Shown in pieces: positions 13,636 to 30,876 of a stretch of DNA of 64,000 bases (position 1 is its first letter; every line of letters begins with the position of its first letter). Source of the stretch: Eledone cirrhosa (taxonomy: Eukaryota); contig OZ024740.1 in the NCBI GenBank assembly GCA_964016885.1, positions 195,424,001 through 195,488,000 on the forward strand. The letters are read 5' to 3'. Under the pieces are notes generated by a model, which was given only the letters and a program-made list of their open reading frames with translations, ran no database searches and was not told where the DNA came from. Both the position numbers and the translations under genes were made by a program.

Positions 13636-14531
13636 TATATATTCATATATATATATATATTCATATATATATATATATATTCATATATATATATATATAT
13701 TCATATATATATATATATTCATATATATATATATATATATATTCATATATATATATATATATTCATATATATATATATATATATATTCATATATATTCAT
13801 ATATATATATATATTCATATATATATATATATATATATTCATATATATATATATATATTCATATATATATATATATATATATTCATATATATATATATAT
13901 ATATATATTCATATATATATATATATATTCATATATATATATATTCATATATATATATATTCATATATATATATATATATATATATTCATATATATATAT
14001 ATTCATATATATATATATATATATATATATTCATATATATATATTCATATATATATATATTCATATATATATATATATATATATATTCATATATATATAT
14101 ATATATATATTCATATATATATATATTCATATATATATATATTCATATATATATATATTCATATATATATATATTCATATATATATATATTCATATATAT
14201 ATATTCATATATATATATATATTCATATATATATATATATTCATATATATATATATTCATATATATATATATATTCATATATATATATATATTCATATAT
14301 ATATATATTCATATATATATATATTCATATATATATATATTCATATATATATATATTCATATATATATATATATTCATATATATATATATATATTCATAT
14401 ATATATATATATTCATATATATATATATATTCATATATATATATATATTCATATGTATATATATATTCATATGTATATATATATTCATATATATATATAT
14501 ATTCATATATATATATATTCATATATATATA

Positions 14532-14599
<68 letters not shown>

Positions 14600-14852
14600 T
14601 ATATATATATATATATATATTCATATATATATATATATATATATTCATATATATATATATATATATATTCATATATATATATATATTCATATATATATAT
14701 ATTCATATATATATATATTCATATATATATATATATATTCATATATATATATATATTCATATATATATATATTCATTTATATATATTCATATATATATTC
14801 ATATATATATATTCATTTATATATATTCATTTATATATATATGTTCATATAT
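13636..14852. repeat. Compound microsatellite, (TA)n periodically interrupted by TTCA
   Basis: Direct reading. The long YI-rich ORFs here are artefacts of it. Confidence 0.97.
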
Positions 14853-15048
14853 GTAGATAAATCTACCAAGAGTTTACGGTAGTGTCCAATCCGTATGAAG
14901 AACTCAATGTATTCCGGATATCATGGAAAGAAGAGATGTAATGAAAAATCACTTTCGGTGAAAGATAAACGGTATACAGAGTCAAGATAAAATATTAAAC
15001 AAATAATGAATAAACAATGAAACAGTTCCTTATATTAAACAAAAAAAG

Positions 15049-15202
15049 TTCATTATTTAACGATCGTTTCTAGGATATATATGTGTTAGAATTGGCATGC
15101 ATATTCAACAGATCTATGTACAAAATTATACAAAATTATACAAACTATCAAGATTAAATATACATACCAACACATATATACGCCGTCTTCAGAAATAATG
15201 AA
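15049..15202 (-). ncRNA. Type-I hammerhead ribozyme with long rod-like stem II
   Basis: Mirror copy of 23779-23932. Confidence 0.8.
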
Positions 15203-15838
15203 ATATATTTATTGATAATAACAACAATTCAAAATTTCAGGTCCGTTTGGGAACAAAATTGACCAATGAAAATACAAAAGGTTTAATGCAGTTCGGTGTG
15301 TGTATATACATGTAACTACCCTTACACATATTTTACAAAAATGTATGCTCAACTTGTATACGCATACCACAAGGATGGATGCAAATACAAAATTTCAAGG
15401 TTAATGTCTCTGTAAGTTTATAATGCACAGATAAGATGCGTATAGACACATAAATATGAAATAAGTGTATACACATATTCTCATACTCACACATATCCGT
15501 ACAATCACACACACACGCGCGTATATGCATAAACATACACATAACTACGAACATACAAACACACACACACCCCCACTCACATATATATATGTGGATATAA
15601 AATCCTAAGCACATGGATATTAATTCACTCACATAAACACTGGCACACACATTTAGATCAAGATACAGAAATTAGGTGGGAGGGGGGGAGAGGTCAGTAT
15701 TCAACGGTTTGGGCAGACTGCTTAATATAGATGTATCTATAAACTAAGAAAATAAAAAAATAAAAAAATAAAAAATAATAAATAATAAATAAACATTAAA
15801 AAGAAAAGAAAAGAAAAAGAAAAAAGAAATATATCAAG

Positions 15839-15902
<64 letters not shown>

Positions 15903-16046
15903 CATATATATACACATATATATATATATATATATACAAACACATACATACATATACACACATCCACACTTAGAACATACATACACACACATATATAAAC
16001 ATATACATATACACACATACATACATATACACACATACATATAAAT

Positions 16047-16091
<45 letters not shown>

Positions 16092-16382
16092 TATACACAC
16101 ATACATACACATATAATCACACATACTATATAGACACACATATATATACACACATACACGCACATATACATACACTTACATACTTATATACATACAGATA
16201 TACACATACATACCTATATATACACACAAATACATACAGACATACATACATACATACAGACAAATACTTACGCATCCATATATCGGTATATACATACAAA
16301 CACCACTACACTCTCACACAACTCAGACATACAAAGAAAAAGGTATATACCTATACACATATACATATACAAATAGAGAAAC

Positions 16383-16443
<61 letters not shown>

Positions 16444-16637
16444 CACATATACACACATACACATACATACACATACATACATGTACACACACATAGATAT
16501 ATATACACACATACACACATACATATATAGTCATACACACACATACACCTACACGAACATACACATACACATATATAAAGATATATATACACACACACAC
16601 ACACATACACACACACACACACATATATATAAAATAA

Positions 16638-16674
<37 letters not shown>

Positions 16675-17005
16675 CATATACATACACACATACATAGACA
16701 TATATGTACATACATACACATACATACATACATACACACACATACATACATATATATATACACACATAGACATATACATACATACACACACAACATACAT
16801 ACACACATATATACTCATACATAGAATTAGATATATATTCATACATACATACGCACTTACATATACTCATATATACAAATACATACGCATCCATATATGC
16901 GTATATACATAGAAACACCACTACACCCTCACCCAACTCAGACATACAAAGAAAAAGGCATATACATATACATATATACACGCATTAATAGAGATATATA
17001 TACAC

Positions 17006-17036
<31 letters not shown>

Positions 17037-17245
17037 CACTTATATATATATACCCACACACACATACAACCATAAATACACATACAAACACCCACATATA
17101 CATATATATACACATATATATATATACACACACATAAAAAACAGACATGCACATATATATTTTTTTACACATATATATACACATATATATACATATACAC
17201 ACCCTCACATATACACACATACACATAAGTTATATTATAATAATA

Positions 17246-17298
<53 letters not shown>

Positions 17299-17547
17299 CG
17301 AATATAGACATATATACACACATAGATATATATATATATATATACACATACATATACACACACACATACACACACTCACATATATATGTGTGTGTACACA
17401 CACATATATACACATACACACATATACACATAAACACATATATGTGTATACATGCACACACACACATATATCCACATAGATACGAAGATAGACATATAAA
17501 TAGAGAGACATACATATATATACACACACACATATACATACATACAT

Positions 17548-17612
<65 letters not shown>

Positions 17613-18389
17613 TACACATACACATATATATACACATGCATATATACACATATATATATATACATACACACATATATATACACACACAATCTTACATTCT
17701 TATTTGCATGCGCATATATGTATTTTTATATTCAGATATAAATACCCAAACATATATACACCTACCTACATATATATTCATACATACACGCTTACAAACA
17801 CAGATGATAATAGTATGGGGGAAAGGGGGGGGTGGAGAAGGGGATTATAGTAAATATATGTTTCAAGAAACATAGAATATTATCCGTATCTGGATCCAAT
17901 GTATGTTTTTACATAGTTTCAGTGTTAGGAAATACAATAAACAAGAAATAAGGCAAAATTTATGCATTTCAAAATAAATAAGTATACCATTAATTATATG
18001 TTAACTAAACTAAAGATAGTTAACATATTGATTTCTAAGGTGTAAATTAGTTAGGTTTATAATATTTGAAGCAGAATTTTGAAGTTAAATAGTAGTAGAG
18101 TATTAATTATAGTATAACTAAATTAAAGTTAATAACGTTATGGTATCAATATTAGGAAATGAATTTAGTAATAGGGAAAAAACAAATAAAGTATTACATC
18201 GGTAGTAGAATATAAATTATAGGTTAACTAAATTAAAAATTATATATTTATTTCTATAGTATATGTTAATTAGGTATATAATAAATAAAACAGATATTGT
18301 ATTTTATCAATAGCAGAATATAATTATATGCAAATAGAAATCAAAATTAATACATATACATATACATATACATACACATACATATATAC

Positions 18390-18436
<47 letters not shown>

Positions 18437-18924
18437 TACACATACACATACATATATACATATACATATTTTTTCAAAAATTGCAAAGAATATATTAACT
18501 AGGTTTATATCCAAAACACATCCCATTCTATGATTACATGACATTCTGCAATTCGTCTGTATAAGGATACTAATTTTAAGCCAATTAAATTAAATTTTTA
18601 GGTTGACTAAATTTAAAACCAAATTATAAATATATTTCTAAAATGTATATTAATTAGGTCTATAATACTAAAAATTATTTCTCTGTCATTGGATACACGA
18701 TATTTTGTTATATTTTATCTGTAAAGGAATTATAATAAAAGGTTTAAATAAATTAAAATTAATCTATAAATTAAATTACTAAGTATATATTAGTAATATT
18801 TAAAGGTTTTTCACCATTTATGATTACATAATATTTTATATTCTCATCTGTAATAGAATTTTAATTAAATTAAATTTATAGGTTAACTAACATTTAAATT
18901 AAATTAATTTCTAAAATAATGTTA

Positions 18925-19892
18925 TTAATTAGGTTTATAATATTTAAATGTTTTTTTTAGTTTATGATTACACGATATAATTAATTCCTGTCGTTTATTT
19001 AATAGGATATCCTTAGATTTCATTATTTCAAATAGTTCTTGGGAACATAATCTACATTCATTTCTATTATTTTGATAAGGGGTGGCTCTTTTGAGCACAC
19101 TCCAGGTCAAATCATATTCTATATTCTTATTTTTATAACTATTGATTTTTTCTGCTAGAGATGTTGTATTAGCCAGTGCGGCATTTTTAAAACTATGCTT
19201 GTGGGTATTAAACCTTGTCTTAAAATTGTTAGAGGTAGCTCCTATATATGAGCAAATAGAATCTTTAGTTTTAACATTACATTTATAGACTATGTTGTTA
19301 ACAAGACAATTCCCTTTTAATGGGCAGTTTGCTTTGTTTCTACAGTTACAACCTTTCGTTAATTCTGTATTTGAGGAGATATTATGGTTAATTTGATGTA
19401 CTGGTGGTATACTTATGGTTTTCTTACATTTATATGCATTATAGGCACTTATATTTTGTTTTATGTTATTTGTTGTAGAGTATGAGAATTTAACTGTAGA
19501 CCTATTTAAGATTTGATGGTATTTGTGGTTTGGCGGGAAGTTTTTCTCTAGGATATAAAAAAATTTTTTAGCAATATTATCCTTAATTTGTAAATTAAAT
19601 GGAGCATTATACCAAGTAACCCGTCTATTACGGTTTCTATGTTGTTTATTATTTTTATTATTTTTATAGGTTGTATCGTGATTTTTACTAGGAGGATTAA
19701 TGTTAATGATCTCACCACAACCATTTTTAGTTATATTTGTAGATTTAGGTGTTTTATCCTTTTTATTAGGAGTTTTATTATTAATATTTATTAGAGTTGT
19801 ATGATGAGTAGTTTTTTGAGAGTTACTATACTTTATATTAGAAGATTTGGTATTTTGGGGTATAGTGTGGGTGGCATTTAGGTGTGTACTTT
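18925..19892 (-). pseudogene. 5'-truncated Penelope-like ORF: linker, CxC-x5-C-x5-C motif and GIY-YIG endonuclease
   Basis: RNRRVTWYNAPF, FPPNHKY..ILNR.TVKFSYS, GCNCRNKANCPLKGNCL, NIVY...YIG.T..FK.R..H, CRLC..E, LLNKRQE..SCNH. Open to the stop codon; the RT domain has been lost. Confidence 0.9.
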
Positions 19893-20531
19893 TCAAAATA
19901 ATAGAAATGAATGTAGATTATGTTCCCAAGAACTATTTGAAATAATGAAATCTAAGGATATCCTATTAAATAAACGACAGGAATTAATTATATCGTGTAA
20001 TCATAAACTAAAAAAAACATTTAAATATTATAAACCTAATTAATAACATTATTTTAGAAATTAATTTAATTTAAATGTTAGTTAACCTATAAATTTAATT
20101 TAATTAAAATTCTATTACAGATGAGAATATAAAATATTATGTAATCATAAATGGTGAAAAACCTTTAAATATTACTAATATATACTTAGTAATTTAATTT
20201 ATAGATTAATTTTAATTTATTTAAACCTTTTATTATAATTCCTTTACAGATAAAATATAACAAAATATCGTGTATCCAATGACAGAGAAATAATTTTTAG
20301 TATTATAGACCTAATTAATATACATTTTAGAAATATATTTATAATTTGGTTTTAAATTTAGTCAACCTAAAAATTTAATTTAATTGGCTTAAAATTAGTA
20401 TCCTTATACAGACGAATTGCAGAATGTCATGTAATCATAGAATGGGATGTGTTTTGGATATAAACCTAGTTAATATATTCTTTGCAATTTTTGAAAAAAT
20501 ATGTATATGTATATATGTATGTGTATGTGTA

Positions 20532-20582
<51 letters not shown>

Positions 20583-21356
20583 GTATATATGTATGTGTAT
20601 GTATATGTATATGTATATGTATTAATTTTGATTTCTATTTGCATATAATTATATTCTGCTATTGATAAAATACAATATCTGTTTTATTTATTATATACCT
20701 AATTAACATATACTATAGAAATAAATATATAATTTTTAATTTAGTTAACCTATAATTTATATTCTACTACCGATGTAATACTTTATTTGTTTTTTCCCTA
20801 TTACTAAATTCATTTCCTAATATTGATACCATAACGTTATTAACTTTAATTTAGTTATACTATAATTAATACTCTACTACTATTTAACTTCAAAATTCTG
20901 CTTCAAATATTATAAACCTAACTAATTTACACCTTAGAAATCAATATGTTAACTATCTTTAGTTTAGTTAACATATAATTAATGGTATACTTATTTATTT
21001 TGAAATGCATAAATTTTGCCTTATTTCTTGTTTATTGTATTTCCTAACACTGAAACTATGTAAAAACATACATTGGATCCAGATACGGATAATATTCTAT
21101 GTTTCTTGAAACATATATTTACTATAATCCCCTTCTCCAACCCCCCCCCCTTTCCCCCATACTATTATCATCTGTGTTTGTAAGCGTGTATGTATGAATA
21201 TATATGTAGGTAGGTGTATATATGTTTGGGTATTTATATCTGAATATAAAAATACATATATGCGCATGCAAATAAGAATGTAAGATTGTGTGTGTATATA
21301 TATGTGTGTATGTATATATATATATGTGTATATATGCATGTGTATATATATGTGTA

Positions 21357-21415
<59 letters not shown>

Positions 21416-21660
21416 ATGTATGTATGTATATGTGTGTGTGTATATATATGTATGTCTCTCTATTTATATGTCTATCTTCGTATCTATGTGGATATATGTG
21501 TGTGTGTGCATGTATACACATATATGTGTTTATGTGTATATGTGTGTATGTGTATATATGTGTGTGTGCACACACATATATATGTGTGTGTATGTGTGTG
21601 TGTATATGTATGTGTATATATATATATATATATCTATGTGTGTATATATGTCTATATTCG

Positions 21661-21727
<67 letters not shown>

Positions 21728-22292
21728 TATTATTATAATATAACTTATGTGTATGTGTGTATATGTGAGGGTGTGTATATGTATATATATGTGTATATAT
21801 ATGTGTAAAAAAATATATATGTGCATGTCTGTTTTTTATGTGTGTGTATATATATATATGTGTATATATATGTATATGTGGGTGTTTGTATGTGTATTTA
21901 TGGTTGTATGTGTGTGTGGGTATATATATATAAGTGTATGTGTATATATATATATATATATGTGTATATATATCTCTATTAATGCGTGTATATATGTATA
22001 TGTATATGCCTTTTTCTTTGTATGTCTGAGTTGGGTGAGGGTGTAGTGGTGTTTCTATGTATATACGCATATATGGATGCGTATGTATTTGTATATATGA
22101 GTATATGTAAGTGCGTATGTATGTATGAATATATATCTAATTCTATGTATGAGTATATATGTGTGTATGTATGTTGTGTGTGTATGTATGTATATGTCTA
22201 TGTGTGTATATATATATGTATGTATGTGTGTGTATGTATGTATGTATGTGTATGTATGTACATATATGTCTATGTATGTGTGTATGTATATG

Positions 22293-22335
<43 letters not shown>

Positions 22336-22529
22336 TTATTTTATATATATGTGTGTGTGTGTATGTGTGTGTGTGTGTATATATATCTTTATATATGTGT
22401 ATGTGTATGTTCGTGTAGGTGTATGTGTGTGTATGACTATATATGTATGTGTGTATGTGTGTATGTGTATATATATCTATGTGTGTGTACATGTATGTAT
22501 GTGTATGTATGTGTATGTGTGTATATGTG

Positions 22530-22592
<63 letters not shown>

Positions 22593-22883
22593 GTTTCTCT
22601 ATTTGTATATGTATATGTGTATAGGTATATACCTTTTTCTTTGTATGTCTGAGTTGTGTGAGAGTGTAGTGGTGTTTGTATGTATATACCGATATATGGA
22701 TGCGTAAGTATTTGTCTGTATGTATGTATGTATGTCTGTATGTATTTGTGTGTATATATAGGTATGTATGTGTATATCTGTATGTATATAAGTATGTAAG
22801 TGTATGTATATGTGCGTGTATGTGTGTATATATATGTGTGTCTATATAGTATGTGTGATTATATGTGTATGTATGAGTGTATA

Positions 22884-22938
<55 letters not shown>

Positions 22939-23088
22939 ATTTATATGTATGTGTGTATATGTATGTATGTGTGTATATGTATATGTTTATATATGTGTGT
23001 GTATGTATGTTCTAAGTGTGGATGTGTGTATATGTATGTATGTGTTTGTATATATATATATATATATATGTGTATATATATATATATA

Positions 23089-23142
<54 letters not shown>

Positions 23143-23778
23143 CTTGATATATTTCTTTTTTCTTTTTCTTTTCTTTTCTTTTTAATGTTTATTTATTATT
23201 TATTATTTTTTATTTTTTTATTTTTTTATTTTCTTAGTTTATAGATACATCTATATTAAGCAGTCTGCCCAAACCGTTGAATACTGACCTCTCCCCCCCT
23301 CCCACCTAATTTCTGTATCTTGATCTAAATGTGTGTGCCAGTGTTTATGTGAGTGAATTAATATCCATGTGCTTAGGATTTTATATCCACATATATATAT
23401 GTGAGTGGGGGTGTGTGTGTGTTTGTATGTTCGTAGTTATGTGTATGTTTATGCATATACGCGCGTGTGTGTGTGATTGTACGGATATGTGTGAGTATGA
23501 GAATATGTGTATACACTTATTTCATATTTATGTGTCTATACGCATCTTATCTGTGCATTATAAACTTACAGAGACATTAACCTTGAAATTTTGTATTTGC
23601 ATCCATCCTTTTGGTATGCGTATACAAGTTGAGCATACATTTTTGTAAAATATGTGTAAGGGTAGTTACATGTATATACACACACCGAACTGCATTAAAC
23701 CTTTTGTATTTTCATTGGTCAATTTTGTTCCCAAACGGACCTGAAATTTTGAATTGTTGTTATTATCAATAAATATAT

Positions 23779-23932
23779 TTCATTATTTCTGAAGACGGCG
23801 TATATATGTGTTGGTATGTATATTTAATCTTGATAGTTTGTATAATTTTGTATAATTTTGTACATAGATCTGTTGAATATGCATGCCAATTCTAACACAT
23901 ATATATCCTAGAAACGATCGTTAAATAATGAA
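23779..23932 (+). ncRNA. Type-I hammerhead ribozyme with long rod-like stem II
   Basis: TTCATTATTT-CTGAAGA-[~115-nt stem II: TATATATGTGTT/AACACATATATA and TTGGTATGTATATT/AATATGCATGCCAA]-GAAA-CGATCG-TT-AAATAATGAA. 10-bp stem I, palindromic stem III ACGATCGT, GUU site. Confidence 0.8.
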
Positions 23933-24073
23933 CTTTTTTTGTTTAATATAAGGAACTGTTTCATTGTTTATTCATTATTTGTTTAATATTTTATGTTCAT
24001 ATATATATATATATTCATATATGAGAGACGTAAAATAAGAAAATTATAAAATTAACTTACTTACTAAAAAATC

Positions 24074-24156
24074 ACTTCCAACTAATTAGTTTCTGGAATG
24101 GAATAAATATATTTTCCGAAGAAACATATAGAAAATCATTCCGTCATCAGGAAAGT
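24074..24156 (-). ncRNA. Type-I hammerhead ribozyme
   Basis: Minus strand: ACTTTC-CTGATGA-C-GGAATG...CATTCC-A-GAAA-CTAATTAG-TT-GGAAGT. Palindromic stem III ACTAATTAGT. Confidence 0.85.
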
Positions 24157-24341
24157 CTTTTGACTGATTGACCTCGATGTCACGTGATTGATTCTTTTTG
24201 AATTTGCCACAGACGTAGAGGCAGTGATTTTCTCAATGGCTAGGAATCGAGTCCACGCTTCGCTATTTCCTTTCCACTGAATTATTTTTTTTAATAAGTT
24301 TCCAGAGTCCTCGCTATGCCTGGAGACTTACACGGAAAAAG

Positions 24342-24470
24342 ACTTTCCTGATGACGGAATGATTTTATATATGTTTCTTCGGAAAATATATCTGATGACG
24401 GAATGATTTTATATATGTTCTTCTTCGGAAAATATATTTACTCCATTCCAGAAACTAATTAGTTGGAAGT
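24342..24470 (+). ncRNA. Type-I hammerhead ribozyme with internal ~44-nt duplication (two CTGATGA boxes)
   Basis: CTGATGA at 24348 and 24392, GAAA at 24451, ACTAATTAGT stem III, stem I ACTTTC/GGAAGT. Confidence 0.8.
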
Positions 24471-24619
24471 GATTTTTTAGTAAGTAAGTTAATTTTATAA
24501 TTTTCTTATTTTATTGTTCTGCAACCCCATGCATTGAACCACAATGTTAATAAGACAAACCTATATATTTGCTAGCATTGGTATGCATCTGTGTGTATAT
24601 AAATGTTACTAGATATAAA

Positions 24620-27410
<2,791 letters not shown>

Positions 27411-27490
27411 ATAAACAACATAAATTATCGAGATTCGCATTCGGCCCACAAAATAACGAAAAACAACCCCCGAGATGTGCAGCAAGTGCT

Positions 27491-27527
<37 letters not shown>

Positions 27528-27530
<3 letters not shown>

Positions 27531-28999
27531 CGTTTCTGAATTTGTTTAGCAAGATTCTTTATCTGAAAACGTGTGTTGAAACCGATATTGTTATACTTTG
27601 GGAGGGTCATGTTGCCAATAAGAAACACACACACCAGTTGCTTTCACTTCAATTTATTATAATAAATTTATAAATTTAGGAATTTATAAATTTCCGGTTG
27701 GTTGGTTGGTTCCACAACCAGATGGTTGTTTATATATTGTCAAAGTTCTTTCGTCACACATTCTGTGACCTCTTCAGTGACTGGGGATTCTTTTCTTTGT
27801 TTTTTGTACCTCTCCTTTTTTCTGTCCTATGCCATCTTGTTTGTGTGTGTGTGTTGTGTGCTTAGTTTGTGCATGTGTTACATCCGGGTGTCTGTGTGTG
27901 TTTATATTCGTTTATTTACATGCTACTGGTTGGTTGTTTGTTCTATATGCGTGTGTTTCCATTTTCTCCTTAATTGTAAGTTGTGATGTTGCTGTTCCAC
28001 TCATGTTTTCTATTTAATTTTGGTTGTAATTCATTTATGTTTATTGCCTCTGTGATTTGATTGTCTAAAGATTGCGCCTTTTCTGTGTGTAGATTCTATT
28101 TTTATTTCTATGTTCTCTAATTTACCTTTATGTTCTATTTTAGCATGTTGGTAGAGTACACCAGTGTTCATTTATCCGTTCCCCTATACTACAAGCTGTC
28201 TCACCTATGTACACTATATTTATATCTCTACATTGTCCTTCAGTACATCTTATGCTATATACAACATTTCTAGTTTTACAGTTAATATGTGGGCTTAATT
28301 TACAGATTATACATTTCTTATCTATACAGGGAGGTCTTTGAAAAGGGTATGTCTTGCTAATAAGTGTTTTTATGGAGGTACCTGGTCTTTCTACTATCTT
28401 AATATTGAGTTTATGTTTATCTAGGGCCCTTCTAAATTTGTAAGCTAATTCACCTCTAGGGGTTGTATCGATGAACATTACACTCTGGTATTTATTGCTA
28501 TCATACCAGGAGTTTATTCTATTAGCCTTATTCCTAGTTCTTTCTATTCTATTCCAAAATTTGCTCCTATACAAGGGCAGGTCCCATTTGTGTCATTATT
28601 TACCATTTTTTCCCATTTGGTTCTGGCTCCTCTATACACTCTGATTTTATCTCTCTGATTGTAACCAGAGAACTGCATACGGTGGATGAAGTGTTGTATG
28701 TGTCTCTCTAGTTCTTCGGGGTTACACATGCGGGACACGTTTCTCATCACCCGTACCAAATCCGCAATCAGTATGTTGATTTTGGTATGGTCCGAAACAG
28801 GTGAGTTTCGGTGGATCAGATATTTAGAAGTCATGGGTTTGGCATAATGGGAATAGAGGATTTGTTTTTTGTTATTAATGGTATCTAACCAGAGCTCTGT
28901 GTCTAGTACAGGTAATCGATGGTTGGGGTGTTTGCTTGGGTAGTCTATAGTAACTCTAATACTCTGGTGGATGGAGTTAGCTATTTGCTGGATGCTTTC

Positions 29000-29004
<5 letters not shown>
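27528..29004 (-). mobile_element. Penelope-like retroelement (Neptune-type), 5'-truncated and frameshifted: RT thumb, GIY-YIG and pseudo-LTR
   Basis: ANSIH..IRVT.D.P......LPVLD, YAKPM, CxxxxCxxC..C..NVVY.I.C...YIGET..SIGER..EH. Continues in shifted frames to ITEA.NI..LQPKLNRKHEW, with stop at ~27970. Confidence 0.88.
27739..27781 (-). ncRNA. Minimal type-I hammerhead ribozyme in the pseudo-LTR
   Basis: Identical to 7042-7084 and lies ~190 nt downstream of the GIY-YIG stop on the coding strand. Confidence 0.78.
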
Positions 29005-29094
<90 letters not shown>

Positions 29095-29130
29095 TATATA
29101 TATGCATATGCATATATATATATATATGCA

Positions 29131-30388
29131 TAGAATCAAAAGGACTTAAAATTAACCTGGCTAAGACTAAAGTTCTAGTTTGTAGGAAAGAAAATAAGGC
29201 GGCGGTCCCTTCTGGGAAATGGTCGTGTTCGGTGTGTAGGAAAGGCGTAGGTAGAAACTCCATTTTATGTCCTAAATGCAAAGTATGGGTGCATAAAAGA
29301 TGTAGTGGGATCACAGGTAAGCTAACTAAGAACATAGATTTTACATGTGGCCGGTGCTCTGGGGCAATAAGTAGCAGCAAGTGCCCACAAAATACTAGCT
29401 CTTTCAACTGCGCAGAGGGTTCTATAGAAATAGTGGACAGCTTCCGTTACCTGGGCGATAAAATCAGCAGTGGGGGAGAGTGCTCTGAAAGTACAGTAGC
29501 TAGAGTCAGAACTGGGTGGAAAAAGTTCAGAGAGCTTATACCACTATTAGCCGCTAAAGGGTTCTCCCTAAAAATGAAAGGCAGGTTGTACGATGCCTGC
29601 ATACGAACAGCAATGTTGCATGGCAGTGAGACCTGGGCATTGTGTGCAGAGGATATACGCAGACTAGAGAGGAACGAAGCTTGCATGCTCCGCTGGATGT
29701 GTAACAGTAATATACGTGAACGGCAAAGCATAAACAAACTAAGGAAAAAATTAGAAATAAGAGGGATCAGATGTTGTTTACTCGAGAGAAGGCTACGTTG
29801 GTATGGACACGTGATGCGCATGAAAGTCGATAGCTGTATAACAAAGTGCTGGGCAATAAAGATAGACGGTAGCCACGGAATAGGCAGACCTAGAAAAACC
29901 TGGGACGAGCTGATAAACTCCGACATCACACACTTACACCTCACCAAGACAATGTCACTGGACCGAGACCTTTGGCGGTACTCAGTAACAGAGAAGACCC
30001 GCCTTACCTAAATACATAGTAAAACCTACTACAGCCAGTAGGCATCTCTCAAAATACACCCCGTCCCACCACCACCACCCCGTTCTATGTAAAGTTATGT
30101 TGGTGCCGCGCCATCCGGGCCGAAACAAATGAGATCGTGTAGGTGTCACGACAAAAAAACACACAGTCCACGCTGTAATGTGGCAGTGTAGGCAACACGG
30201 TAAAAACCTCCCAGACCCACACTGTAAATGTGGTTGGTGTTAGGAAGGGCATCCAACTGTAGAAAACCTGCCAGATAGTCCTATGCGAGCAAGACAATCA
30301 CTCTTGCCTCAAGTGGGACTACCCCCGTCCAAACCCATGCAAGCGTGGAACACGGACATTAAACGTTGATGATGATGATGATGATGAT
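29131..30388 (+). mobile_element. RTE-clade LINE, 5'-truncated (PHD finger, C-terminus, 3' UTR, (GAT)n)
   Basis: ORF 28971-30011 from ESKGLKIN onward is nearly identical to 10071-11405. Confidence 0.95.
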
Positions 30389-30483
30389 GCATATATATAT
30401 ATATGCATATGCATATATATATATATGCATATGCATATATATATATATGCATATGCATATATATATATATGCATATATATATA

Positions 30484-30545
<62 letters not shown>

Positions 30546-30876
30546 TATATATATATATATATAGAAATGGCTTCTACAGGACTAGAACTATTTCATTCGG
30601 AGGATATCATCAGAAAGCGACTGCCAATGTCGTATTGAGTACCCTACTTACTGTGGTTATCCCCGATTTAACCCCGGATCTACATATATATAGATATATA
30701 TATGCATATATATATTCATATATATATATATATATATGCATAAATATATATATATTCATATAGGCATATATATATACATATATATGTATGTAAAAGGTAA
30801 ACAGAAATAACAACACAATCGGTACAGTATATGGAAGGTATATATTAGGTTAACGCTTGATATAGCAGGAAGAGGG

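Larger units (their letters stand above)
14853..23992 (-). mobile_element. Penelope-like retroelement (Naiad-type), 5'-truncated, with ~4.1-kb inverted pseudo-LTR arms
   Basis: Arms 14987-19075 and 19893-23994 are reverse complements. GIY-YIG ORF on the minus strand, a hammerhead near the outer end of each arm, and flanking direct repeat TATGTTCATATAT. Confidence 0.9.
24023..24513. mobile_element. Short non-coding fold-back element with a hammerhead in each inverted arm
   Basis: Arms ~24031-24161 and ~24337-24513 are reverse complements around a ~175-nt spacer. Inserted in the TA/TTCA array. Confidence 0.75.

Noticed and set aside
28544-29407. 287-aa ORF appearing to fuse two domains
   Set aside because: Chance read-through from antisense RTE across a TA array into the truncated Penelope-like RT thumb.
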